64,000 nt of DNA from a virus. The DNA lies in the IMG/VR virus record IMGVR_UViG_3300025880_000012, positions 12,928 to 76,927 of that record. One strand, 5' to 3'. The position numbers and the translations under genes were made by a program. The notes beneath the pieces were generated by a model that saw nothing but the letters and a program-made list of their open reading frames with translations, was not told the origin of the DNA and did no database searches. This document shows, one piece after another, positions 18,855-26,661 of this stretch; the stretch's first letter is position 1; every line of letters begins with the position of its first letter.

Positions 18855-20384
18855 ATGAGCAAAAAATTTAAATACACTACAAATTTTTCAAATATAATTT
18901 TAGCGTCTGGAGATGTTGATTCGCCAGACCTTAATATCAGTAAAGCTTCACTTGAGTCATTAAAGGAAATCATACCGACAGATGTCGATCTTGAAAAAAA
19001 TATGGATTTACTCGCTGTGGCATTTAATGGAGCAGTAGTTAATGCATTTAATAAGAACGGTGATGGAATTGACTCTAAATCAGCGATAAACATTCTTGAC
19101 CAATTTAAACATAAGCCAACTAATATTGAACATCAAAAGGAAAAGATAGTTGGACATATAGTTTCTGCAAGCTTTTCTAGCTTTATGGATAATGAGATTC
19201 TATCTTCGGAAGAAGTAGAGAATACAAACGAACCATTTAATATTGCTCTAGCTTCTCTTATATATAGAATGATCAATCCTCAATTTGCAAATTTAGTCGA
19301 ACAATCTGTAGATCCAGAAAGTGAGCTTTACCATAAAGTCTCAGCTAGTTGGGAAATTGGTTTTAATGATTTTGTATTGGCTGTTGGCAGTAATGACTTG
19401 AAAAACGCCGAAATTATCGATGATGAGAATATGATTGATGAGTTAAAAGGTAATTTAAAAGCTCTTGGTGGCGAAGGAAAGATGAAAGATGGCTCACCAA
19501 TTCACCGATTAATTGTTGGAGAAATTTTTCCTCTCGGAATTGGCTTCACCTCGAATCCCGCCGCTAATGTAAAGGGATTAGTAGTTAGTTCAAAAACAGA
19601 ACAAACACCAACTACAGAAAAAAAGGAAAAAAATATTTCACAAAACATCAATTCTGATGTAAATAACAAAAAAAGTATTATTATGGACAATAACGAAATT
19701 TTAAATAATCTAGTGTCAGCTCTTGAAGAAAAAGTTTCTGAAAAGAAATTCTCTGAAGAAGCAGTGGCTACTGTATCTAAAATTATTAATGACGCAATTC
19801 TTGAACGCAACGATTCGTTCGTACAAGAAAAAGAGCAACTTGAGACTGAAAAAGCTGAGTTAACTCAAGCCGCAGAAAAAACTGCAGCTGAAGTTAAGAA
19901 GCTTAGTGAAGAGCTTACAGTTGCTACTGACCGTGTTACAGAATTAGAGCAGCAGCATAAACAACAGGAGGCAGTTGCTCGTTTTGATGCGAGAATGTCC
20001 GTAATCGAAGATGCTTATGAGCTCGACGAAGATAGCCGTAGGGTTGTCGCTCACGAACTTAAAGATCTTGAAGAGTCTGAAGAAGCATTTGCAACTTTCC
20101 AAGAGAAATTGCAAGTTGTACTTAAACATCAGAACAAAGAATTTATCGCTAAGCAAGAAGAAGAATTTAATGCTAAGCTCGCTGAAGCAGTTGAAAAACG
20201 TTTGGCAGAACTTAAAAGCACTGATTCTTCAGAGGAAGAAGTTGTTGAAGAAGCAATGGACAAGGTGGAAGCCGAAGAAGAAGTTGTCGCTAACAACAAT
20301 GCAGAATCCTCAGAGCAAGAAGTTTCCCTGAAGCAAAAATTTGAAAAAGCTTTCTCGGAAGACAATTTAACCATAAACTACTAA
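18855..20384 (+). CDS. Prohead protease-scaffold protein
   Basis: Between portal and capsid genes. NKNGDG, KPxNIEH..IVGH, SASWE and GxTxNPA protease-like motifs; acidic coiled-coil C-terminal half. Confidence 0.7.
   Translation: MSKKFKYTTNFSNIILASGDVDSPDLNISKASLESLKEIIPTDVDLEKNMDLLAVAFNGAVVNAFNKNGDGIDSKSAINILDQFKHKPTNIEHQKEKIVGHIVSASFSSFMDNEILSSEEVENTNEPFNIALASLIYRMINPQFANLVEQSVDPESELYHKVSASWEIGFNDFVLAVGSNDLKNAEIIDDENMIDELKGNLKALGGEGKMKDGSPIHRLIVGEIFPLGIGFTSNPAANVKGLVVSSKTEQTPTTEKKEKNISQNINSDVNNKKSIIMDNNEILNNLVSALEEKVSEKKFSEEAVATVSKIINDAILERNDSFVQEKEQLETEKAELTQAAEKTAAEVKKLSEELTVATDRVTELEQQHKQQEAVARFDARMSVIEDAYELDEDSRRVVAHELKDLEESEEAFATFQEKLQVVLKHQNKEFIAKQEEEFNAKLAEAVEKRLAELKSTDSSEEEVVEEAMDKVEAEEEVVANNNAESSEQEVSLKQKFEKAFSEDNLTINY
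19683..20384 (+). CDS. Nested in-frame scaffold protein (internal start)
   Basis: In-frame ATG (MDNNE) at the protease/coiled-coil boundary, preceded by TTTCACAAAA-N11-ATGTA; analogous to lambda C/Nu3. Confidence 0.55.
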   Translation: MDNNEILNNLVSALEEKVSEKKFSEEAVATVSKIINDAILERNDSFVQEKEQLETEKAELTQAAEKTAAEVKKLSEELTVATDRVTELEQQHKQQEAVARFDARMSVIEDAYELDEDSRRVVAHELKDLEESEEAFATFQEKLQVVLKHQNKEFIAKQEEEFNAKLAEAVEKRLAELKSTDSSEEEVVEEAMDKVEAEEEVVANNNAESSEQEVSLKQKFEKAFSEDNLTINY

Positions 20385-20405
20385 AATATAAAGGAATAAA
20401 ATAAA

Positions 20406-21113
20406 ATGGCTATTAGACTATTACCGTTTCGTGATTACGATGAACATGATGTCGTAAATCTCTTCAAAAGTGCTGGAACTCTCGAACAATTCATCGATCT
20501 TTCCCACGCTGACCGCCGCTCAACCGCTCAAGGTGATGCTGGTGTATTCGTGAAAGTTTCGAATGGCTCTCTTAATGCAGAGGGTACAAGTTGGGATCCA
20601 ATTGATATCGACGCTCAAGCTGGAGCAACTTCTCTGCTTGGAAAAACAGATTATCCAAATGTTGCAAAGAATTTTTATCCAGAAGCGACACTGAGCTTTG
20701 CTCCTATCGCAACTGCCGAAGATGAATGTATTGGAATTACACTTCGTCAAACTGTTGCTCGTGATGAGCTTGGAGAAAACCTTCTTTACAATCAAATCAA
20801 GAAAGACGAACTTTTTGGAGTTCTTCCTGGTGAAGTTGTACCTGTTCTTTCGAAAGGTATGATTTCTATTACTTCTGATGCTTTTGAAGGTGGTACTGTT
20901 GGTACAGCTGGACAAGTTCTTATTGGAGCAGCTGACGGACAAGTTACAGCTGTAGCACGTACCGATGTTACAGTTGGTCAAAAAATCCTTGGAACCATTC
21001 TTGCAGCTGGTTATCGTGATGACGAAGCTGGAACTCTTGGTGGAACCAATGTATTTGGTAAAGCAGGATTAATGAAAGGTGGCTACGCTATCGTAAAAAT
21101 CGATTGCGCATAA
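20406..21113 (+). CDS. Capsid decoration/cement protein
   Basis: Directly upstream of MCP; Gly-rich beta pattern IGITL...GEVVPVLSKG...GQVL; AAGGA SD; high-expression codon usage. Confidence 0.6.
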   Translation: MAIRLLPFRDYDEHDVVNLFKSAGTLEQFIDLSHADRRSTAQGDAGVFVKVSNGSLNAEGTSWDPIDIDAQAGATSLLGKTDYPNVAKNFYPEATLSFAPIATAEDECIGITLRQTVARDELGENLLYNQIKKDELFGVLPGEVVPVLSKGMISITSDAFEGGTVGTAGQVLIGAADGQVTAVARTDVTVGQKILGTILAAGYRDDEAGTLGGTNVFGKAGLMKGGYAIVKIDCA

Positions 21114-21141
21114 CATTTAATAAAGAAAGGTAAAATTTAAA

Positions 21142-22275
21142 ATGAAAATTACATTAAAAAGAACACCCGAACAAATTGAGCTCGTTAAAGCAATGGCTTC
21201 TAAAAACCGCGATGTCGCGTATGAAGCTCAAGTTGCATTAGCAGAATTTATTGGACCTGTATTGGCTAAGGTTATCAACCAAGCTCCTACACTCAGTAAC
21301 TTATTCTCAAATTTCGCATTTAGCGCTGATGAAAGCCCAAGTATCCCAATGGATCTTTACTATGACGTAACTGATGAAGATTATGTCACTGTTTGGAGTC
21401 AAGCCGTACCTGGTGGCCTTCCTACTAACACAGTAACACCTATCGGTGGTGAAATGAAATTCACAACCTATCGTCTTGATAGTGCTATTGATTTCGATAA
21501 GCGTTATGCTCAACGCTCCCGTATGGATGTTATTAGTAAGTCTTTCTCTCGTATTGCTCAAGAAGTTCTTCTCAAGCAAGAACGTAATTCTGCCACTCTT
21601 CTTCTTGGAGCTTTGGCTGAGGCTAAAACAAAAGGACGCAACCATGTGATCAAAGCTGCCAACAGCGGACGTTTGATTCTTGACGATTTCAATCGTCTTC
21701 TTACACTTGGCAAACGCATCAATACTGCTTGGACTGGTGGTACACCTGAAGGTGGTATCGGAGGCCGTGGAGTAACTGATCTTATCGTTTCTCCAGAAGT
21801 TGTACAAGGTCTTCGCGAAATGGCTTACAACCCAATTAATACCAAGGGTAACAACACTGATATCGCTGCTACTGATAGTATGCGTGAAGCTGTATACTCT
21901 AACGGTGGAATTCCTGAATTCTATGGTATCAATATCATGGAGCTTCAAGAAATGGGTAAAGGTCAACGTTTCAATACTTTGTTTTCTACCCTTGTCAACG
22001 ATAAAGATAATGACATTGGCTTTAAAGGCGATGATCAAGATCCAGAAGGGTTCACATTTGGTGACACTAACGATTCTGAAATCGTTATTGGTCTTGATAA
22101 GCGTGTTGAGTCTATGCTTCGTGCAGTTGCTACCGATTCTGAAACTGGTTCCGAGTTCTCCTTGGTTGCTGATGATCAATACAGTGTTCGTCAATCCAAG
22201 ATTGGATACTATGGTTCTATCGAAGAAGGTCGCATGATCCTCGACAACCGAGCCCTCTTTGGACTTGTAGTGTAA
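21142..22275 (+). CDS. Major capsid protein (HK97 fold, putative)
   Basis: 377 aa after scaffold and decoration genes; DLIVSPE and EFYGINI motifs; strong codon bias; followed by a terminator. Confidence 0.8.
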   Translation: MKITLKRTPEQIELVKAMASKNRDVAYEAQVALAEFIGPVLAKVINQAPTLSNLFSNFAFSADESPSIPMDLYYDVTDEDYVTVWSQAVPGGLPTNTVTPIGGEMKFTTYRLDSAIDFDKRYAQRSRMDVISKSFSRIAQEVLLKQERNSATLLLGALAEAKTKGRNHVIKAANSGRLILDDFNRLLTLGKRINTAWTGGTPEGGIGGRGVTDLIVSPEVVQGLREMAYNPINTKGNNTDIAATDSMREAVYSNGGIPEFYGINIMELQEMGKGQRFNTLFSTLVNDKDNDIGFKGDDQDPEGFTFGDTNDSEIVIGLDKRVESMLRAVATDSETGSEFSLVADDQYSVRQSKIGYYGSIEEGRMILDNRALFGLVV

Positions 22276-22301
22276 GATATTGTTCTACAATATTCTTTAT
22301 C

Positions 22302-22330
22302 AAAAAATCCACCTTTATGGTGGATTTTTT
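22302..22330 (+). terminator. Intrinsic terminator after MCP (potentially bidirectional)
   Basis: AAAAAATCCACC-TTTAT-GGTGGATTTTTT. Confidence 0.85.
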
Positions 22331-22350
22331 GTTTATTAGAGTTATTATAT

Positions 22351-22355
22351 GTGTA
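22351..22355 (+). promoter_or_regulatory. GTGTA motif restarting transcription after the MCP terminator
   Basis: Lies between the terminator and ATG 22382 (26 nt upstream). Confidence 0.5.
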
Positions 22356-22381
22356 TAAAACTTTAAATTATAGAAATTATT

Positions 22382-22783
22382 ATGGCCACAAACAAAAGAA
22401 AAACAACTAAAAAAACAACAACAAAGCCTTCAGCCAAAAAGAAACCAATGCAGTATGCAGATGGTAAAGTAGCTGATAATAGACAAGATCTAGCAAAAAC
22501 TGTAGAAGAGTTAATGGGTGTCAAAAGCAGGGATCCATTCAAGTTGGCTAGTGGAGAACGTTTCGACGAAGCTGTAGCTAGTATGAGTTTATCACAACTT
22601 CAAGAAATTGCGGTTGAAGCTGGAGTGTTTCCATCTGGAACCAAAACTACATTAAAAAACAAATTAATGAAGGAGTATGAAAACCGTACTCATGGTAGGT
22701 ATGGAGCGAGTACAAATAGTAAGCCAATTGTTGATCCAAAATCTCAAAGAGCTAAAGATATTCTTAGAATTATAAACGAATAA
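22382..22783 (+). CDS. Basic protein with a Rho-N/HeH-like helical motif, head-associated locus
   Basis: MSLSQLQEIAVEAGV...LKNKLMKEY; Lys-rich N-terminus. Confidence 0.5.
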   Translation: MATNKRKTTKKTTTKPSAKKKPMQYADGKVADNRQDLAKTVEELMGVKSRDPFKLASGERFDEAVASMSLSQLQEIAVEAGVFPSGTKTTLKNKLMKEYENRTHGRYGASTNSKPIVDPKSQRAKDILRIINE

Positions 22784-23727
22784 TGAATCAGTTGGGCGAG
22801 CTTGGATATCATATTTGGGATATTGAATTTGGAGATCATTCTACAGCTTTAGAAAGAGAGCGTAATGCTTTATTAATTTCTGGGTATTTAGAAGCTAATA
22901 TAGGTCAGTTAAATACATTAATTAACACTGACTTTTATGTTAATGAAGAGCAAGATTCAGTGGTCCCAGAACTAAAGTATGAAGAGAAAGCTATATTCAC
23001 TCAATTATACTTGAAAGATTATATGAACAAGCAAGCTCGCAATATTTTAAGAAATGCAGCGAGTAGCTCTTCTTCTACAAATACTAGTAGCACGACCACT
23101 ACTGATGGTGTAACAGACTGGATAGAGTTGAGAGAAGGTGATACCTCTATCCGAAGATCCGTCGCTACATCAACCAGCAAGAATACATCAGCACAAATAC
23201 TTCAAAAATCCGCAGCAGAAGCTAATCAACTATTAAAAGAGTTAGTTCATTCCTACAACATGTATGGATCAGTACCATTACAAGTTGCTGGAATTGATGG
23301 TGGAGAAGTCGAGAGTACATATGTAAGATCTAGCGAACCAAACTTAACCAAAGAGCTTGATAAATTAAAAACTCAATTTAAGTTACTAAGTGAAGCATTC
23401 GTAAAAACTAACGAATCTACTCAAGAAGAGCTAAATAGTGTGAGGAATCAAATTACATCTCAAGCTATAGAAGGTTTTGCTAAAACTATACCTATACCCA
23501 AAGATAGCGAAGAATTATTTATTGATTGGTCTACAGAATTTTTTCCTCCATTTACTCCTACCGTACTAGCTACTCTAAGAAGTTTAGATGCTGAAGATCC
23601 AATTGTTGCGTACAGAATTGAAGGTGGAGTATCTTTGGGAGGTGTGAGATTTGCATTTTCATCAAAAATACCTAGTCATTCATACGCTTTAGAAGTTGCG
23701 GCATTTATTATAGATAATACTAATTAA
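22783..23727 (+). CDS. Putative head-tail adaptor with C-terminal coiled coil and fibre-tip-like domain
   Basis: Position after MCP; helical N-terminus with ELREGDTSIRR hairpin; C-terminal ~80 aa similar to the ends of 24450..25451, 25491..26615 and 31641..34418. Confidence 0.55.
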   Translation: MNQLGELGYHIWDIEFGDHSTALERERNALLISGYLEANIGQLNTLINTDFYVNEEQDSVVPELKYEEKAIFTQLYLKDYMNKQARNILRNAASSSSSTNTSSTTTTDGVTDWIELREGDTSIRRSVATSTSKNTSAQILQKSAAEANQLLKELVHSYNMYGSVPLQVAGIDGGEVESTYVRSSEPNLTKELDKLKTQFKLLSEAFVKTNESTQEELNSVRNQITSQAIEGFAKTIPIPKDSEELFIDWSTEFFPPFTPTVLATLRSLDAEDPIVAYRIEGGVSLGGVRFAFSSKIPSHSYALEVAAFIIDNTN

Positions 23728-24380
23728 CCAGCAATTTGTTCAAAAATATTAAGCTGGCTATCAGGATCAGCGTAGTACCATTTATACATTATATCTTTTT
23801 GTATGGTTGATATTTTGTCTTCCATTTTTTTAATTTCGCGCTCAATAGTTTCTAGTAGATCAGGATTAATTTCCTGAATGTCTATATCTAGATCAAGTGC
23901 TACTTTTAGTATTTTATTGAAATCGCCCGATAGTTTTCCAGAAGTTGCTTGCTGGTAGAGTTCGGCGCGCGACTCTATTTCTTCTTCTGATAGCCCAGTC
24001 GTTTTATCGGGATGTGTTTGTTTCACTATTTCTCGATACAGTTCTTTTACTTGTTTTTTGTCTTTTAGTTTTTGCTTTTGTTGTTCTGGTTCTTTTTTAA
24101 ATGGGGGCTCGATTCCTTTGCGCGAACAATAGTCAAACATTGTAGATATGAATGTTTGTTTGGCATGTTGGAAAATATCAGAAATTTCTTCGTATTCTAT
24201 ATTGAGATAAGATATTTTGTGTTTTAGTTTTTCAAATTTTTTTGCAAGAAGCTTGCGATATTCTTCTTCGTTAGCTTCGGTAGATAGATCGTCTTTATGT
24301 ATGAACTTTTTGTTTTCTGGAATATACGCTCCAAGTTCATCTTTCTTGTGTTTTTTAAATAGATCTGTCCAGTCTTCCAT
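23724..24380 (-). CDS. J-domain (DnaJ-like) co-chaperone
   Basis: VKELYREIVKQTHPDK, with HPD motif. Confidence 0.75.
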   Translation of the reverse strand: MEDWTDLFKKHKKDELGAYIPENKKFIHKDDLSTEANEEEYRKLLAKKFEKLKHKISYLNIEYEEISDIFQHAKQTFISTMFDYCSRKGIEPPFKKEPEQQKQKLKDKKQVKELYREIVKQTHPDKTTGLSEEEIESRAELYQQATSGKLSGDFNKILKVALDLDIDIQEINPDLLETIEREIKKMEDKISTIQKDIMYKWYYADPDSQLNIFEQIAG

Positions 24381-24389
24381 GATGGTATT

Positions 24390-24394
24390 TACAC
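24390..24394 (-). promoter_or_regulatory. GTGTA motif 9 nt before ATG 24380
   Basis: Minus strand GTGTA AATACCATC ATG, directly after a terminator. Confidence 0.6.
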
Positions 24395-24396
24395 AT

Positions 24397-24424
24397 AAAA
24401 AAGACGACCCCCGAAGGGGTCGTC
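24397..24424 (-). terminator. Intrinsic terminator with cUUCGg tetraloop
   Basis: Minus strand GACGACCCC-TTCG-GGGGTCGTC-TTTTTT. Confidence 0.9.
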
Positions 24425-24449
24425 CAGGTTAAGGGTTAAGATTAATCGA

Positions 24450-25451
24450 TTATACAGATGCTAAAACATCAATTTTATATCCTGTGGATGGAATTTCATC
24501 CGAGAACATAAATACTGCACTGCTTGTTGACGGATCTCCACTAAGTTGTACGCCAATGATAGGATCATCAGCAACATAACTAGTAAGACTTCCTACAACT
24601 GCAGGAGCAGAAGCGAATCCAACACTACTATAATCAATAGTGACAGATATAGAGTTTTCACTTACATCTTCTTGAACAGCATATACATCGTTAGTGCTAA
24701 CTAACAGCGCTAAGCTATCGATGTCATCTGCTACTGCGGTTTTGTTATCGCTGTCTTGAGTGTTCAAGCTTAATACATCAGAATCTAGAACGGTAACATT
24801 ACCAGCGTGTAGAGTTGACAAGCTATCGATGTTATCTGCTACTGCGGTTTTGTTATCGCTGTCTTGAGTATTCAAGCTTAATACATCAGAATCCAGAACG
24901 GTAACATTACCAGCGTGTAGAGTTGACAAGCTATCGATGTTATCTGCTACTGCGGTTTTGTTATCGCTGTCTTGAGTGTTCAAGCTAGATACATCAGAAT
25001 CCAGAACGGTAACATTACCAGCATGTAGAGTTGACAAGCTATCGATGTCATCTGCTACTGCGGTTTTGTTATCGCTGTCTTGAGTGTTCAAGCTTAATAC
25101 ATCAGAATCCAGAACGGTAACATTACCAGCATGTAGAGTTGACAAGCTATCGATGTCATCTGCTACTGCGGTTTTGTTGGTGTTGTCTTGATTGTGTAAG
25201 CTTAGTACATCAGCATCAAGATTAGCATCATCGCCAGCGTGAAGAGTTGACAAACTAGTGATGTCAGTTTCTACAGCGGTTTTGTTGGTGCTATCTTGAA
25301 GGTTTAAGCTAGACACATCAGATTCAATGCCTGCACGACTAATTAATACGTTGGAGCCATCTGTAATTTCAAATGCTCCAGCTTCACTAGACTCAATGCG
25401 AACCTGATCGCCGTTGAGTGCCAATTTTTCGGTTGAGAATATTTTTGCCAT
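24450..25451 (-). CDS. Acidic coiled-coil fibre protein, ~5.5 x 36-aa repeats
   Basis: SLNTQDSDNKTAVADDIDSLSTLHAGNVTVLDSDVL repeats; paralog of 25491..26615. Confidence 0.75.
   Translation of the reverse strand: MAKIFSTEKLALNGDQVRIESSEAGAFEITDGSNVLISRAGIESDVSSLNLQDSTNKTAVETDITSLSTLHAGDDANLDADVLSLHNQDNTNKTAVADDIDSLSTLHAGNVTVLDSDVLSLNTQDSDNKTAVADDIDSLSTLHAGNVTVLDSDVSSLNTQDSDNKTAVADNIDSLSTLHAGNVTVLDSDVLSLNTQDSDNKTAVADNIDSLSTLHAGNVTVLDSDVLSLNTQDSDNKTAVADDIDSLALLVSTNDVYAVQEDVSENSISVTIDYSSVGFASAPAVVGSLTSYVADDPIIGVQLSGDPSTSSAVFMFSDEIPSTGYKIDVLASV
24710..25315 (-). repeat. 108-nt tandem repeat, ~5.5 copies
   Basis: AAGCTATCGATG recurs every 108 nt. Confidence 0.9.
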
Positions 25452-25490
25452 ACCAATATTTATTTTAGGTTAGGAACCACATTCAACCAA

Positions 25491-26615
25491 TTAGATAGAC
25501 GCCAATACGTCGAATGTATAATTATCCGAAGGAATTGAGTCAGAGAATACAAACGTTGCACTAGTTGTGCTAGGAGCCCCACTAAGTTGAGCACCAATGA
25601 TAGGATCATTAGCTCCTGTGCTTCTGAGAGTTCCAACAACTGCAGGTGCACTAGTGAATCCAGCACTAGTGTAATCTACAGTGATAGATGCGATACCAGC
25701 TTGCATTCCATCGGTAGATGTAAGATTGTCAGCATATACATCATTTGTACTAATGATTGCTGACAAGCTAGCGATACTACTGTCAAGAGTACTTTTGTTA
25801 GTGGAATCTTGAGTGTCGAGACTTCCGACTTGACTATCAAGACTGCTAACATTTGTGCTTTCAACGGTAGCTAAACTAGCGATACTGCTGTCGAGAGAAC
25901 TCAGGTTAGCGGAATCTTGAGTGTCGAGACTTCCGACTTGACTATCAAGGCTGCTAACGTTTGTGCTTTCAACGGTAGCTAAACTAGCGATACTGCTGTC
26001 GAGAGAACTCAGGTTAGCGGAATCTTGAGTGTCGAGACTTCCGACTTGACTATCAAGACTGCTAACATTTGTGCTTTCAACGGTAGCTAAACTAGCGATG
26101 CTGCTATCAAGAGAGCTCAGGTTAGCGGAATCTTGAGTGTCGAGACTTCCGACTTGACTATCAAGGCTGCTAACATTTGTGCTTTCAACGGTAGCTAAAC
26201 TAGCGATGCTGCTATCAAGAGAACTCAGGTTAGCGGAATCTTGAGTGTCGAGACTTCCGACTTGACTATCAAGGCTGCTAACATTTGTGCTTTCAACAGA
26301 AGCTAAACTAGCGATACTGCTGTCGAGAGAACTCAGGTTAGCGGAATCTTGAGTGTCGAGACTTCCGACTTGACTATCAAGGCTGCTAACATTTGTGCTT
26401 TCAACGGTAGCTAAACTAGCGATACTGCTGTCGAGAGAACTCAGGTTAGCGGAATCTTGAGTGTTCAAGCTTCCGATGTCAGATTCAATCGTAGCACGAC
26501 TAATTAGTACATTGTCATTAGCGTCTGTAATTTCAAACGCTCCAGCTGTACTCGACTTAATGCGGATACTATCCTCATTAATTGATAATTTCTCGGTTGA
26601 GAATATCTTTGCCAT
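25491..26615 (-). CDS. Ser-rich coiled-coil fibre protein, ~6.5 x 36-aa repeats
   Basis: SLDTQDSANLSSLDSSIASLATVESTNVSSLDSQVG repeats; MAKIFSTEKL N-terminus shared with its paralog. Confidence 0.75.
   Translation of the reverse strand: MAKIFSTEKLSINEDSIRIKSSTAGAFEITDANDNVLISRATIESDIGSLNTQDSANLSSLDSSIASLATVESTNVSSLDSQVGSLDTQDSANLSSLDSSIASLASVESTNVSSLDSQVGSLDTQDSANLSSLDSSIASLATVESTNVSSLDSQVGSLDTQDSANLSSLDSSIASLATVESTNVSSLDSQVGSLDTQDSANLSSLDSSIASLATVESTNVSSLDSQVGSLDTQDSANLSSLDSSIASLATVESTNVSSLDSQVGSLDTQDSTNKSTLDSSIASLSAIISTNDVYADNLTSTDGMQAGIASITVDYTSAGFTSAPAVVGTLRSTGANDPIIGAQLSGAPSTTSATFVFSDSIPSDNYTFDVLASI
25765..26476 (-). repeat. 108-nt tandem repeat, ~6.5 copies
   Basis: TTTGTGCTTTCAAC at about 25852, 25960, 26068, 26176, 26284 and 26392. 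Confidence 0.9.
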
Positions 26616-26624
26616 ACCTTTATG

Positions 26625-26650
26625 TACAGCTAATTATCTATTTTGTGAAA
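26625..26650 (-). promoter_or_regulatory. TTTCACAAAA-N11-CTGTA motif, 9 nt before ATG 26615
   Basis: Same upstream element and spacing as 19636-19661. Confidence 0.55.
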
Positions 26651-26661
26651 TTTTTTTTTGA

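Noticed and set aside
21307-22194. 295-aa ORF antisense to the MCP (also 20520..20981 and other short overlapping ORFs)
   Set aside because: Explained by strong codon bias of the sense gene; no motifs or start signals.
22270-22293. GTGTA overlapping the MCP stop plus an ATATTGT-TCT-ACAATAT hairpin
   Set aside because: Lies just upstream of the terminator with no ORF to drive; the weak AT-rich stem is probably incidental.
24710-26476. Regular repeats as a possible CRISPR array
   Set aside because: No unique spacers; in-frame coding repeats with synonymous variation; no cas genes.
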